The notes under the pieces were generated by a model, which was not told the origin of the DNA, did no database searches, and worked only from the letters and a program-made list of their open reading frames with translations. The position numbers and the translations under genes were made by a program. A stretch of DNA of 64,000 nt, taken from positions 4,788-68,787 of the forward strand of contig JAFYYN010000013.1 in NCBI GenBank assembly GCA_017557525.1. The letters are read 5' to 3'. Below, piece after piece: positions 26,707-39,235 of this stretch. Positions within the stretch are counted from its first letter, which is position 1, and each line of letters begins with the position of its first letter. Source of the DNA: Lachnospiraceae bacterium (GTDB lineage Bacteria; Bacillota; Clostridia; Lachnospirales; Lachnospiraceae).

Positions 26707-26756
26707 CACCTCATCAGTCCGCTTAGCGGACAGCTTCCCCTCAAGGGGAAGCCTTT
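26707..26756 (-). repeat. intergenic structured repeat (CTGACTGATGAGGTG family), inverted copy
   Basis: The reverse complement reads AAGGCTTCCCCTTGAGGGGAAGCTGTCCGCTAAGCGGACTGATGAGGTG. Confidence 0.85.
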
Positions 26757-26807
26757 GAATACCAGATGGTATTTAGCAATGTAGTTATAGATAAGAGGAG
26801 AAAGAAA

Positions 26808-27302
26808 ATGCCGCTTAATATAGATGTTGTGCAGATACTTCTTCATATGCTTAACTTTGTGATACTGGCAGGGGGACTGACTCTCCTTTTATTTAAGCCG
26901 GTCAAAAAGTTCCTGGATGAAAGACAGAAGTATTTTGCCGATAAGGAAAAGAAACTGGCTGAAGGTCTTGAAAACAATGAGAATCTCAGGGCAGAGTACG
27001 AGAAAAAGCTTTCTACGGTGGATTCCGAAATCGAAGAGATGAAGCTCAATGCTAAGAACGAGACCGCTAAAGAGGCCAAGGAATATCTGAATAATGCACA
27101 GGAAAAGGCAGCAGCCATTATCTCTGAAGCGGAGTCACAGGCTGAGGACCGCAAGGAGCATATCCTTGATTCAGCTCAGACGGAGATTGGCGAGCTGGTG
27201 GTAGAGGCTACCCAGAAGCTGCTTGAGACTAATGCTAATCCTGACAGGACACATGAGCTGTACGATGAGTTTATCAAGAGTATGGTAAGGGATGTTCAGT
27301 GA
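26808..27302 (+). CDS. atpF: F-type ATP synthase Fo subunit b
   Basis: N-terminal TM ([20 protein letters not shown]) followed by a long charged coiled-coil region. AAGAGGAG RBS. Confidence 0.85.
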   Translation: MPLNIDVVQILLHMLNFVILAGGLTLLLFKPVKKFLDERQKYFADKEKKLAEGLENNENLRAEYEKKLSTVDSEIEEMKLNAKNETAKEAKEYLNNAQEKAAAIISEAESQAEDRKEHILDSAQTEIGELVVEATQKLLETNANPDRTHELYDEFIKSMVRDVQ

Positions 27303-27315
27303 AGGGGTACAGGTT

Positions 27316-29214
27316 ATGCAGGAAGAAAATTTTGAAAATTTACTGAAACTGGCGGAAGAGGCTGAGGAAGCCAGACGCCTTAAGGAAAAAGAAAATGCTG
27401 TTTCTGCGGAAGGAACAGAGAATGGTGATGCAGGTCTTTCCGAAGGTCAGACATTGGAGCCTGAAGAGGATCAGCCCTTAAAGGTTGAGATACGATGCGT
27501 TGTCCCTCCGGATGAAGAGCAGCAGAAGGCTATTGCTACCATCATGCAGGAAAAGTATGGGGCTGAAAAGGTAGAGATAGTCATAAAGAATGATCCGGGC
27601 GCTGCCGACGGTTTCAACATTTTTGTCGGTGATGATAACTACGACTGGACAACTTTAGGCAGGATCAGGCAGCTCAGACGTTCAATACAGAAGCTTCCTA
27701 AAGAGAAAAAGATCAACAATATCATTTCGCTTATAAAGGATGATATCAAGGACTTTAAGCTGAACCTTGGTTTCCAGCAGGTGGGAGAGGTCCTGACTGT
27801 CGGTGACGGCATAGCAGTTATTGTCGGCTTGAAGGAAGTTGAATACGGCGAGATAGTCCTGTTTGAATGCGGCGTTAAGGGCATGGTACAGGATATAAGA
27901 ACAAACGGTACTACAGGTGTAGTGTTGTTTGGCGATGCCTCCGAGATCACTGAAGGGCAGAGGGTTGTGCGTACGGGGCGTACTGCAGGTATCCCTATCA
28001 GCAATAAGATACTTGGGCGTATGATAGATCCTCTTGGAAAGCCTATTGACGGCGGTCCCGATATCGGTGCCAAGAAATACTACCCGATTGAAAGACCGGC
28101 ACCGGGTATCATAGACAGAAAGTCGGTTTGCTCTCCTTTGGAGACCGGTATACTTGCTATTGATTCAATGTTCCCGATAGGCCGCGGACAGCGTGAGCTT
28201 ATTATCGGTGACCGTCAGACAGGTAAGACTTCGGTGGCTGTGGACACTATCCTTAACCAAAAGGGCAAAGATGTGGTATGTGTCTATGTTGCCATCAGCC
28301 AGAAGGCTAGCTCTGTGGCTAAGGTTGTAAACACTTTAAAGAAAAACGGGGCGATGGACTATACCGTTATTGTTTCTTCGCCTGCAAGTGATTCTGCTTC
28401 GCTACAGTATATCGCTCCTTATGCGGGATGTGCAGTTGCCGAGTATTTCATGTATCACGGCAGGGATACCCTGATAATATATGATGATCTTTCTAAGCAT
28501 GCGGTTGCTTACAGAACCATAAGCCTTTTGCTTGAAAGGGCTCCGGGACGTGAGGCTTACCCCGGCGATGTATTTTATCTCCATTCGAGGCTGCTTGAGC
28601 GTTCGGCTCAGCTTTCCGACGAGATGGGCGGAGGCAGCATGACTGCGCTTCCTATCGTAGAGACACAAGCGGGCGATGTTTCGGCTTATATCCCGACCAA
28701 CATCATTTCTATTACGGATGGTCAGATATTCTTAGACAGCGAGCTGTTTTATTCGGGTCAGCGGCCTGCGGTTAATGTAGGTCTTTCGGTTTCCCGTGTA
28801 GGTTCCGCGGCTCAGACTAATGTTATGAAGAAGTCCGTAGGTACCTTGAGGCTTGATCTCGCGCAGTACCGTGAGATGCAGGTATTCTCTCAGTTTGGAT
28901 CCGACCTTGATGACCAGACGGTACTACAGTTAAAATACGGCGCGGGGCTTATGCAGCTTTTAAAACAGCCTAATCAGTCACCGCTTACCTTGCATGAGCA
29001 GGTAATACTGCTTATGTGCGCAAGGGAAAAGCTTTTCCTTGATACGCCTGCCAAGGACATACCAAAGGTGGCAAGAGATCTGCTTGACTGGTTCGCAAAG
29101 GAGAATGCTACACTTTGCCTGTCAATCGAACATAAAAAGACCTACTCGGATGAGCTGCAGAAGAAGGTGCTGAAGGCAGCGAAGAATTTCTTTGTACAAG
29201 TTAAGAAAAACTAG
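27316..29214 (+). CDS. atpA: F1 ATP synthase alpha subunit fused at its N-terminus to a delta/OSCP C-terminal-domain-like segment
   Basis: Alpha motifs GDRQTGKTS and the beta-barrel start [16 protein letters not shown]. Residues encoded by 27481-27696 resemble the delta C-terminal domain. There is no separate atpH ORF between atpF and this gene. Confidence 0.85.
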   Translation: MQEENFENLLKLAEEAEEARRLKEKENAVSAEGTENGDAGLSEGQTLEPEEDQPLKVEIRCVVPPDEEQQKAIATIMQEKYGAEKVEIVIKNDPGAADGFNIFVGDDNYDWTTLGRIRQLRRSIQKLPKEKKINNIISLIKDDIKDFKLNLGFQQVGEVLTVGDGIAVIVGLKEVEYGEIVLFECGVKGMVQDIRTNGTTGVVLFGDASEITEGQRVVRTGRTAGIPISNKILGRMIDPLGKPIDGGPDIGAKKYYPIERPAPGIIDRKSVCSPLETGILAIDSMFPIGRGQRELIIGDRQTGKTSVAVDTILNQKGKDVVCVYVAISQKASSVAKVVNTLKKNGAMDYTVIVSSPASDSASLQYIAPYAGCAVAEYFMYHGRDTLIIYDDLSKHAVAYRTISLLLERAPGREAYPGDVFYLHSRLLERSAQLSDEMGGGSMTALPIVETQAGDVSAYIPTNIISITDGQIFLDSELFYSGQRPAVNVGLSVSRVGSAAQTNVMKKSVGTLRLDLAQYREMQVFSQFGSDLDDQTVLQLKYGAGLMQLLKQPNQSPLTLHEQVILLMCAREKLFLDTPAKDIPKVARDLLDWFAKENATLCLSIEHKKTYSDELQKKVLKAAKNFFVQVKKN

Positions 29215-29241
29215 ATGATAGGATTGTATAGAGAAACCTTT

Positions 29242-29282
29242 TATAAAGGCTTCCCCTTGAGGAGAAGCTGACTGATGAGGTG
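29242..29282 (+). repeat. intergenic structured repeat (CTGACTGATGAGGTG family)
   Basis: TATAAAGGCTTCCCCTTGAGGAGAAGCTGACTGATGAGGTG. The second hairpin module is absent. Confidence 0.85.
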
Positions 29283-29299
29283 CAGGAAAGGAGGATATC

Positions 29300-31650
<2,351 letters not shown>

Positions 31651-31680
31651 CACTTCATCAGTCTGTTTTGGATGAGGTGT
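31651..31680 (+). repeat. short degenerate copy of the CTGACTGATGAGGTG-family tail (both orientations)
   Basis: CACTTCATCAGTC-tgttttg-GATGAGGTGTG. Confidence 0.5.
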
Positions 31681-31707
31681 GAAAGCTGGTAGGAAAGGAG
31701 GCCGGGT

Positions 31708-32142
31708 ATGGCAGAGGTGTTTCATCTGGAAATATTATCACCGGAAAATCCGTTTTATAACGGGGACTGTGTGTCGCTTGTACTTCCGATAAGTGACGGT
31801 ATGATCGGTATCATGGCGCATCATCCGGCTATGACTGCGGTTATCGGTGACGGTCTGGTTAAGTTTACCCTGCCGGACGGTGAGGTAAGGCAGTGCATGG
31901 TTTCTAAAGGGATGTTCGATATTTCCAAGAATGACGCAAGGCTTTTGTGTGATATGGCAGCCGCTCCTGAGGACTGGGCAGCAGAAGCCCAAAGGCGAAA
32001 AGAAGAAGAGGCTCGCATCGAGGAAGAGGAAAAGAAGGCTAGGATGGACTTTATGAAGACCCAGCTTTCAATTGCGAGGACCATAAATGCTTTAAAGATA
32101 AAGAACCGTAATGCCGCACATGCAGAGAGGCCGCTATCGTGA
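31708..32142 (+). CDS. atpC: F1 ATP synthase epsilon subunit
   Basis: 144 aa. N-terminal beta-sandwich-like LEILSPENPFYNGDCVSLVLPISDGMIGIMAHH followed by a helical charged C-terminus. Position after atpD. Confidence 0.85.
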   Translation: MAEVFHLEILSPENPFYNGDCVSLVLPISDGMIGIMAHHPAMTAVIGDGLVKFTLPDGEVRQCMVSKGMFDISKNDARLLCDMAAAPEDWAAEAQRRKEEEARIEEEEKKARMDFMKTQLSIARTINALKIKNRNAAHAERPLS

Positions 32143-32144
32143 GA

Positions 32145-32160
32145 GTCAATCACGGGGACC
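32145..32160 (+). repeat. degenerate GGGAC-core element directly after the atpC stop
   Basis: GTCAATCACGGGGACC shares GTCAATCA..GGGAC with the 28-mer at 10584. Confidence 0.3.
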
Positions 32161-32198
32161 TTTAATCGTAGAATAAGAGTTTCATCTAGGAGAAATAT

Positions 32199-32693
32199 AT
32201 GGAACGATTTGTAATTACAACTGAATGCTATATAAGAAGAGGGGACGAGATCCTTTTCATACATAAGGGTGGGAATGATCTTAATACCGGGAAGTTCTTA
32301 GGCATCGGCGGACATCTTGAAAAGGGTGAGTCGCCGGTGGACGGTATTGTAAGGGAAATAGAGGAAGAGACCGGAATTAAGAGAGAGGAACTCGCTAACC
32401 TCAGGATGAGAGCGGTCATTACATTCATAAATCCGGTTTACGGAGATGAGTATATTCACCTGTTTGAGGCAGATTATATAGGCAGTAAGGCAGATCGCAC
32501 AGGCAGGAAAGACCCGGCTCTCACAGCCTGTGATGAGGGCGAGCTGAAGTGGATCCCTAAAAAGGATATTTATTCGCTCCCTATCTGGGAAGGTGATAAG
32601 AGAATGTTTGACGAGATGTTCAAGGACGACAATTTCTTTACTATGAAGCTGGTATATGATGGGGATGACTTGAAGGAAGTTATCGTCGACTGA
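32199..32693 (+). CDS. NUDIX hydrolase (MutT-like)
   Basis: Nudix box GGHLEKGESPVDGIVREIEEETG. Confidence 0.85.
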   Translation: MERFVITTECYIRRGDEILFIHKGGNDLNTGKFLGIGGHLEKGESPVDGIVREIEEETGIKREELANLRMRAVITFINPVYGDEYIHLFEADYIGSKADRTGRKDPALTACDEGELKWIPKKDIYSLPIWEGDKRMFDEMFKDDNFFTMKLVYDGDDLKEVIVD

Positions 32694-32803
32694 TTTCAGC
32701 TTATATTATAATAAGTAACAATCATAAGGACGGTTTTGCAGCTGACTTTATTTAGTTAACAGCGGACCCGTCCATGTTTTTTGAAAGAAAAATAAAAAAA
32801 TAC

Positions 32804-32832
32804 TTGCAAAATAAAAATATTTGTGATAAACT
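32804..32832 (+). promoter_or_regulatory. sigma-A type promoter of rpsB-tsf
   Basis: TTGCAA, 17-nt spacer, TGaTAAACT extended -10. Confidence 0.5.
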
Positions 32833-32969
32833 TCAAAAGGTTATGCGCCAGAGGTGCGTAATACTATATTAAAAAGCCCTATGCTTGGTGCAATACGCAC
32901 ACTTTGCGAAGCAGAGTATGTAGTTTGTCGCAGATACGGGCTAAAATTAACCAAATGGAGGAAAAAAAC

Positions 32970-33713
32970 ATGAGTGTAATCTCAATGAAGCAGCTCTTGG
33001 AGGCAGGTGTTCATTTCGGACATCAGACAAGACGCTGGAACCCTAAGATGGCTGAGTACATCTACACAGAAAGAAACGGTATCTACATTATCGACCTTCA
33101 GAAGTCAGTTGGTAAGGTTGACGAGGCTTATTACGCAATCAAGGATATCGTAGCTAACGGCGGCAAGGTACTTTTTGTTGGTACAAAGAAGCAGGCTCAG
33201 GATGCTATCAAGTCTGAGGCAGAGCGTTGCGGAATGTACTATGTAAACGAGAGATGGCTTGGCGGTATGCTTACCAACTTCAAGACTATCAAGACTCGTA
33301 TCGCAAGACTTAAGGCTATCGAGAAGATGTCAGAGGACGGAACTTTTGATGTTCTTCCTAAGAAGGAAGTTATCCAGATCAAGAAGGAGTGGGAGAAATT
33401 AGAGAAGAACCTTTCAGGTATCAAGGAAATGCCTTCTATTCCCGATTGTATCTTTGTAGTAGATCCCAAGAAGGAGAAGATTTGTGTTGATGAGGCACAT
33501 ACTCTTGGTATTCCGCTTGTAGGTATCGCTGATACAAACTGTGATCCTGAGGAACTTGACTATGTTATCCCCGGAAATGATGATGCTATCCGTGCAGTAA
33601 AGCTTATCGTTGCTAAGATGGCTGATGCTGTTATCGAGGCTAATCAGGGTGTTGACGCAGTTTCAAGCGATGCAGAGGCAGAGAGTGCTGCTGCAGATGC
33701 TGAAGAAGCTTAA
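32970..33713 (+). CDS. rpsB: 30S ribosomal protein S2
   Basis: [27 protein letters not shown], with a GGAGG RBS. Confidence 0.95.
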   Translation: MSVISMKQLLEAGVHFGHQTRRWNPKMAEYIYTERNGIYIIDLQKSVGKVDEAYYAIKDIVANGGKVLFVGTKKQAQDAIKSEAERCGMYYVNERWLGGMLTNFKTIKTRIARLKAIEKMSEDGTFDVLPKKEVIQIKKEWEKLEKNLSGIKEMPSIPDCIFVVDPKKEKICVDEAHTLGIPLVGIADTNCDPEELDYVIPGNDDAIRAVKLIVAKMADAVIEANQGVDAVSSDAEAESAAADAEEA

Positions 33714-33753
33714 ATTTCATATATTATTATAATGTAGGATTATGACTGTCTCC

Positions 33754-33848
33754 AAGCCTTCCCCTTGAGGGGATATATCGACATACGAAGTATGTTGATG
33801 CCGTCCCTGGCGAAGGGAAGGTGTCAGCGCAAGCTGACGGATGAGGTG
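33754..33848 (+). repeat. intergenic structured repeat, long composite form (CTGACTGATGAGGTG family)
   Basis: AAGCCTTCCCCTTGAGGGGA, then hairpin ATCGACATAC-gaa-GTATGTTGAT, then CCCTggcgaAGGGAAGG, then GTCAGC-gcaa-GCTGAC, then GGATGAGGTG. Confidence 0.85.
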
Positions 33849-33878
33849 TAAGCCCTGCGAAAGAAGGAGGAAGATAAA

Positions 33879-34982
33879 ATGGCAGCTATTACAGCAGCAA
33901 TGGTTAAGGATTTAAGAGAAATGACCGGCTCAGGTATGATGGACTGTAAGAAGGCTCTTACAGAGTGTGACGGAAATTTCGATGAGGCTATAGAGTATTT
34001 ACGTAAGCGTGGTCTTGCTCAGGCTGAGAAGAAGTCAAGCCGTATCGCAGCAGAGGGTGTTAGTGATATCTACATCACAGCTGACAACAAGACAGGTGCT
34101 ATCGTAGAAGTTAATTCAGAGACAGACTTCGTTGCTAAGAATGAGAAGTTTAGAGCTTATGTTGAGCAGGTTGCTGAGGCAGCAGCTGAGACAGATGCAG
34201 CTACTATCGAAGAATTCCTTGCTAAGCCTTGGAAGTTTGATACTACTAAGACAGTTGATGAGGCTCGTGCAGCTCAGGTTGCAGTTATCGGCGAGAACCT
34301 TAAGGTTCGTCGTTTTGTAAAGTGCGTTACAAATGGTTTCCTTGTTAAGTACATCCATATGAACGGAAAGATCGGCATCCTTCTTGATGTTGATGCTCCT
34401 TACAATGATGCTACAGTAGAGTGCGCTAAGAACCTTGCAATGCAGATTGCAGCTATGAATCCTACATATGTAAAGAAGGATGACATCTCTGCTGAGACTC
34501 TTGCAAAGGAGAAGGAAATCGTTGTTGATAGCTCGCTTGCAGATCCCGCTTCACTTCCTAAGCCCATCCTTAATGCAGTTATTGAGGAAGCTCTTAGCAC
34601 AAATAAGTGGGGTGCAGAGGATAAGGCAGCTTACGAAGAGCAGAAGAACAACAAGTTCTGGTACAACTTCATGTCAAATGAGGGAATGCAGGCTTTAAGA
34701 GATATCGCAGCTACCCATAAGGCTGAGTATCTTGAGAATAAGATCTTTGCAGGTCTTGTTGATGGACGTTTCGCTAAGCGTCTTAAGGAAATCTGCCTTG
34801 TTGACCAGGATTATGTAAAGGCTGAGGATAAAGAGAATGTTGGCCAGTACATCGCTAAGGTTGCTAAGGACAATGGCTGTACATTTACTGTAAACAAGTT
34901 CGTACGTTTCGAGACCGGTGAAGGCCTTGAGAAGAAGAACGAGGACTTCGCAGCAGAAGTTGCTAAACAGATGGGACAGTAG
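33879..34982 (+). CDS. tsf: translation elongation factor Ts (long form)
   Basis: MAAITAAMVKDLREMTGSGMMDCKKALTECDGNFDEAIEYLRKRG (UBA-like N-domain), 367 aa. Confidence 0.93.
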   Translation: MAAITAAMVKDLREMTGSGMMDCKKALTECDGNFDEAIEYLRKRGLAQAEKKSSRIAAEGVSDIYITADNKTGAIVEVNSETDFVAKNEKFRAYVEQVAEAAAETDAATIEEFLAKPWKFDTTKTVDEARAAQVAVIGENLKVRRFVKCVTNGFLVKYIHMNGKIGILLDVDAPYNDATVECAKNLAMQIAAMNPTYVKKDDISAETLAKEKEIVVDSSLADPASLPKPILNAVIEEALSTNKWGAEDKAAYEEQKNNKFWYNFMSNEGMQALRDIAATHKAEYLENKIFAGLVDGRFAKRLKEICLVDQDYVKAEDKENVGQYIAKVAKDNGCTFTVNKFVRFETGEGLEKKNEDFAAEVAKQMGQ

Positions 34983-35005
34983 GCACTATTCGACGCAAAA
35001 ATTAT

Positions 35006-35051
35006 AAAACCAGCTTGCAAGCTAGCTTGCAAAGCTGGTTTTTATTTTTTT
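35006..35051. terminator. bidirectional rho-independent terminator between convergent tsf and MCP genes
   Basis: AAAACCAGCTTGCAAGC-ta-GCTTGCAAAGCTGGTTTT, flanked by an A-run and TTTATTTTTTT. Confidence 0.85.
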
Positions 35052-35159
35052 GCGTTGGAGGCTGGACAGAACACACGAGTAAACAGATCAACGCCCAGAG
35101 GGCATTGATGAAAAATGAGTGGGTCTGTTCAGACGGCGAATAGTGTCGTAAAATATACG

Positions 35160-36815
35160 TTAGATTTTGAAATACGATACCGCTTCCTTCAGCGTCTCTG
35201 ACAGCTCGTTCATATGCTCGCTGTCGTTCGATACCTTTACGACGTTCTTTGAAATCTGTGAGATAGAAGTGGTAACTTCTTCGTTGGTAGCGGCTGTTTC
35301 TTCTGATATTGCTGAAAGGTCGCTGACCGCATTTGTAATGACGTCCTTGATATTGTTAAGCTCGTCGGTAATGCTTGATACGGAGTTGATTTCCTGTACC
35401 GAGGTCTTGATCTCGGAATCAAGCAACTTAAACTTGTCTCTGGTAATACCGAGGAGTCTCTGCTCTTCGGAAATGATCTTTTCAACTTCCTGTGACTGAG
35501 AAACACATTCCTGTGACTGCTCGGAAATCTCTGAAACGATTTCTGTGATACGCTGTGCACTGTTATTTGACTGCTCAGCCAAGTGCTTGATCTCTTCAGC
35601 AACTACACCAAAGCCTCGGCCTGTTTCACCGGCACGTGCGGCCTCGATGGAAGCATTAAGTGCTAACAGGTTGGTCTGGTCTGCAATCTCTGTGATAAAG
35701 CCGACCATTTCTTCAATCTTTCTGATAGAAGTATTGGTATCGGTGATCTTCTGGGCAATTGTCTCAATAGCCTCGGCTGACTTAGTGCTGCTCTTTGTCA
35801 TGTTTTCAATGCAGTTTGCAGCTTCGTCGTTAGCTGTTAGCATATTTGAAGAACTGGTATTGAGGTGATCTGTATTATCTACTATATTGTCGATCATGTT
35901 ACCCATGGAAATGACATTGAAATTAATTGACTGAACACTCTCAGCCATAGTTTCGGTGGCCTTTGAAAGGCTGTCCATGGATTTCGCGATATGATCGGTA
36001 CCGTTTGCTGACTGCTTTGCTAAGGCTGTGGTTGACTCCATTGATGATTTCAATTCCTCGGCAGAAGAACGTATCTTTGAAATGGAATTATTAAGCTGTG
36101 AGGAAAGTCTTTTTGCAGATTCTATAAGGGAAACAGTTTCCTGAATCTTGGAATTTGCTCTTATGGTAACTGACTCTCCGTTGGAAAGCTTCTTTATATT
36201 ATTGGCAATATTTCTGAGCGGGGTTGAAATTTTCCTTGAAAAAAGAATTGTAATAACTAACATCAAAATTATCAGTGCAGCAGAAATACCTGTGGTAACC
36301 CAGTATAAGGTGTTTCTTGACTTATTTACTTCAGCACTGAGTTTACCGGCAAAAGCCATACCCTTTATATCGCCGTCAGCACCGAGGGGCATGTAATATG
36401 CATAATACTTAGTACCGTCTATTTCAACATCGGTATCAAAATAATCCTCACCGTTTTTTACGGCGTCCCAGACATACTGGGCGCCTTCTGTACCTTCGAT
36501 ACGCTGTCCGTTTTCATCCTTTATTGTAGTCATAAAACGGATGTTGTCTTTAAATAAGGTAAATTCTATTCCGGTTTCTTCCATCCGGTCTATGTAATCA
36601 GTATCGTACTCGCAGAAACCGTCTACAAGATCGTTATCGTTTATCAGATCGTACTCGTAATATTCTCTAAGGCTCTTAGCGGCCAGCTTAAGCTCGCTTT
36701 TAACATCGTCCTTAAAAGTGCCTACAGAGTATTCAACCGTAAACATCGTTATTATAAGAAGACCGATAATGAGAGGAATTACCGCAAACATTACAAGCAT
36801 CTGTTTTATATTCAT
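35160..36815 (-). CDS. methyl-accepting chemotaxis protein with extracellular Cache-like sensor domain
   Basis: Signalling hairpin [34 protein letters not shown] and two TM helices flanking a periplasmic domain of about 170 aa. Start taken at [12 protein letters not shown]. Confidence 0.9.
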   Translation of the reverse strand: MNIKQMLVMFAVIPLIIGLLIITMFTVEYSVGTFKDDVKSELKLAAKSLREYYEYDLINDNDLVDGFCEYDTDYIDRMEETGIEFTLFKDNIRFMTTIKDENGQRIEGTEGAQYVWDAVKNGEDYFDTDVEIDGTKYYAYYMPLGADGDIKGMAFAGKLSAEVNKSRNTLYWVTTGISAALIILMLVITILFSRKISTPLRNIANNIKKLSNGESVTIRANSKIQETVSLIESAKRLSSQLNNSISKIRSSAEELKSSMESTTALAKQSANGTDHIAKSMDSLSKATETMAESVQSINFNVISMGNMIDNIVDNTDHLNTSSSNMLTANDEAANCIENMTKSSTKSAEAIETIAQKITDTNTSIRKIEEMVGFITEIADQTNLLALNASIEAARAGETGRGFGVVAEEIKHLAEQSNNSAQRITEIVSEISEQSQECVSQSQEVEKIISEEQRLLGITRDKFKLLDSEIKTSVQEINSVSSITDELNNIKDVITNAVSDLSAISEETAATNEEVTTSISQISKNVVKVSNDSEHMNELSETLKEAVSYFKI

Positions 36816-37088
36816 TAATTTCCTTTTTTTCAAGCTGAGCACATCCCTTCTTAAAAAAATGATTAATAAATTACTTGCTAAAACTATATATTTATACCAT
36901 TTTAACAAACACCGGCCAATAAATCAAGGAAAAAATTGAGGTATTGAGCATAATGTACAAAAAAAGATGTGAAAATTTTTGGCGCCTTGTAAAAAATGTA
37001 AAAAAGATGCTTATTAAGGTAAAAGATTTCCATTTACTTAAAAACTTATTTTGATTATACTATCCACATAGCGAGGAGGGAATAATCT

Positions 37089-37694
37089 ATGAAGATGACA
37101 AAAAAGACTGTTCTTGCATTCTTGCTAATAGCTGTTCTTGCGATGTTATGCGGCTGCAGTAAAACTACTTCGGTTGAGAGCTGGGCATATAATTTTGATA
37201 AGTCAGCAGAGATACTTAAGCTAAATTCCGATGGTACAGCTTCCTATGTATTAAAGGTGTACGAAAACGGAGTACAGGTAAAAAAGACTGTAGAATATAA
37301 ATCGTATAAAAAAGATGATTCCTTTATAACACTTACCGACAAAGACGGTGGAGAGCTTAAGCTCAGATACGTCAAAACCGATGATGGGATCAATCTTTAC
37401 GAGAAAACGGAATACGAGCAGATCCTTAAGAAAGAGGGAAACGCCGTAGCCGGTGTCTGGGTGGACAAAAATAACAGTGATTATTTTTATGAGTTCACTG
37501 AAGACGGTGCCTTTAACGAGGATGGTTATTTCACAGGAAAATATACTGTGGATGAAAAAGAGTGCAGGATAGATTTTACATATGACGGAGATTCCTCAAA
37601 ATCAGTCCTGTACTACACGATTTCAGGTGATTCTCTCATTGTAGAATACCCCTGGCCTATGGTTCCTACTGAGAAAAGTCAGGATTCCAAATAA
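37089..37694 (+). CDS. lipoprotein, unknown function
   Basis: Lipobox LAMLCGCSKT, 201 aa, GAGGAGGG RBS. Confidence 0.65.
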   Translation: MKMTKKTVLAFLLIAVLAMLCGCSKTTSVESWAYNFDKSAEILKLNSDGTASYVLKVYENGVQVKKTVEYKSYKKDDSFITLTDKDGGELKLRYVKTDDGINLYEKTEYEQILKKEGNAVAGVWVDKNNSDYFYEFTEDGAFNEDGYFTGKYTVDEKECRIDFTYDGDSSKSVLYYTISGDSLIVEYPWPMVPTEKSQDSK

Positions 37695-37776
37695 GATCGT
37701 TTGGCGGATAACCGCTTTCGATAAATATCAACCCGGCAGAATAATCTGCCAAAACACTTTTTAAGGAGGAGTGAAA

Positions 37777-39132
37777 ATGAAACGAATTCTTGCTTGCTTG
37801 TTAGTTCTTGCTATGGTTTTCTCACTCGCTGCATGCGATAAGAAAGACAGTAATGACAACAAGACAACAGACGCACCTGCTGCTTCTACAACAACAGATG
37901 CACCCGCAGCTAGCACCACAAATGATGGTGAGTATGTAAGCTCTATTCTTCAGAATGCTGTTGAGCTTACCCTTTGGGATATTGCAGTAGAAGGCGACGG
38001 AAACCGTCCCGCTTACGATGCTGCAATGGCAGATCTTAAGGCTAAGTATCCTAATGTAAAGATCGTTGAGACCGTTACAGAGAACGAAGCTTATAAGACA
38101 AAGATTAAGGCAGCTGTTGGTGCTAACGAGCTTCCTGACATCTTCTTTACATGGGCTGGCGCTTTCCTTGGCGACTTCGTTGACGCTGGTAAGGTTCATT
38201 GCCTTGATGATGTATTAAAGAAGTATGTTGACAACGGTGAGCTTCCTGAGGCTATGTTAGGTAACTCTACCTATGGTGGAAAGCATTACGGCGTTCCTAC
38301 AACAATGAACGTTGTTGGTCTTTTCGCTAACATGGACATCCTTGCATCAGTAGGATATGATCATATCCCTGCTACCAAGGAAGAGCTCGTTGATTGCTGT
38401 GATAAGCTTGTTGCAAAGGGAATTACTCCTTTTGTATGTGCAGGAAAAGAGACCTGGTGTGTAACCGAGTACTTAGAGCCCATCATGGAGAAGACAATCG
38501 GCGCTACAGAGCTTAACGACATCTTCAGAAATGGCAAGACTTGGAACAACGAAGGTATCAAGACTTCAGTAGCTACTCTTCAGGAATACATTGACAAGGG
38601 TTACTTCGATCCTAACGGCATCGCTCTTTCAAACGATGAAGCTAAGGCTAAGTTCATGCAGGGACAGTGCGCATTCTATCAGAATGGTACATGGAACTGT
38701 GGTGACTTCTCAAATCCTGAGAACGTTAAGTTCAACGTTTCTGTAGGTGAGTTCCCTGTTATGGATTCTTCAAAGTCTAAGGCTGGTCAGCTCATTGGTG
38801 GACCTTCAGACACAATCGCTGTTTCAGAAGGACCTAATGCAGCAGCTGCAGCTGAGTACGCTGTTGAGTTCGGAAGACTTATCTGCCACTATGGTTATCT
38901 TAAGGGCAGCGGACTTCCTGCTTGGACACCTTGGGGTGATCTTAGCGAAGTTAGTCCTCTTATGAAGACTGTTACTGAGATCTGTAACAAGGCTAACGGC
39001 TATGTTCTTTTCGGTGATAACGCTATGTCAGCTGAAATCGCTAACATCTATCTTGAGTATGTAGCATTAGTATACGGCAAAGAGATCGATGGCGAAGGTT
39101 TCGTTAACGGCTTAGTAAAAGAAATCGGCTAA
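37777..39132 (+). CDS. ABC sugar-binding lipoprotein (CUT1 family)
   Basis: Lipobox FSLAACDKK, AGGAGG 8 nt upstream, family-1 SBP-like sequence (DIFFTWAGAFLGDF). Confidence 0.85.
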   Translation: MKRILACLLVLAMVFSLAACDKKDSNDNKTTDAPAASTTTDAPAASTTNDGEYVSSILQNAVELTLWDIAVEGDGNRPAYDAAMADLKAKYPNVKIVETVTENEAYKTKIKAAVGANELPDIFFTWAGAFLGDFVDAGKVHCLDDVLKKYVDNGELPEAMLGNSTYGGKHYGVPTTMNVVGLFANMDILASVGYDHIPATKEELVDCCDKLVAKGITPFVCAGKETWCVTEYLEPIMEKTIGATELNDIFRNGKTWNNEGIKTSVATLQEYIDKGYFDPNGIALSNDEAKAKFMQGQCAFYQNGTWNCGDFSNPENVKFNVSVGEFPVMDSSKSKAGQLIGGPSDTIAVSEGPNAAAAAEYAVEFGRLICHYGYLKGSGLPAWTPWGDLSEVSPLMKTVTEICNKANGYVLFGDNAMSAEIANIYLEYVALVYGKEIDGEGFVNGLVKEIG

Positions 39133-39165
39133 TGAACATTAAAAAGCATTACTAAATTGATTGAT

Positions 39166-39217
39166 AAGGTCTTTCCCGGTAACTCCTTTTGGGGGAGCCG
39201 GAAAGACCTTTTCTATT
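39166..39217 (+). terminator. intercistronic terminator/attenuator hairpin between the SBP and permease genes
   Basis: AAGGTCTTTCCCGG pairs with CCGGAAAGACCTT and is followed by TTTTCTATT. Confidence 0.65.
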
Positions 39218-39235
39218 GATTGGGAAGGTATTTAT

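Noticed and set aside
34984-35135. A 9-bp inverted repeat CACTATTCG / CGAATAGTG brackets the tsf terminator and neighbouring hairpins. It might mark a small inserted element.
   Set aside because: It is only 9 bp and the arms are 134 nt apart. The interior is adequately explained as terminators of the two convergent genes, and no similarity to other repeats in the window was seen.
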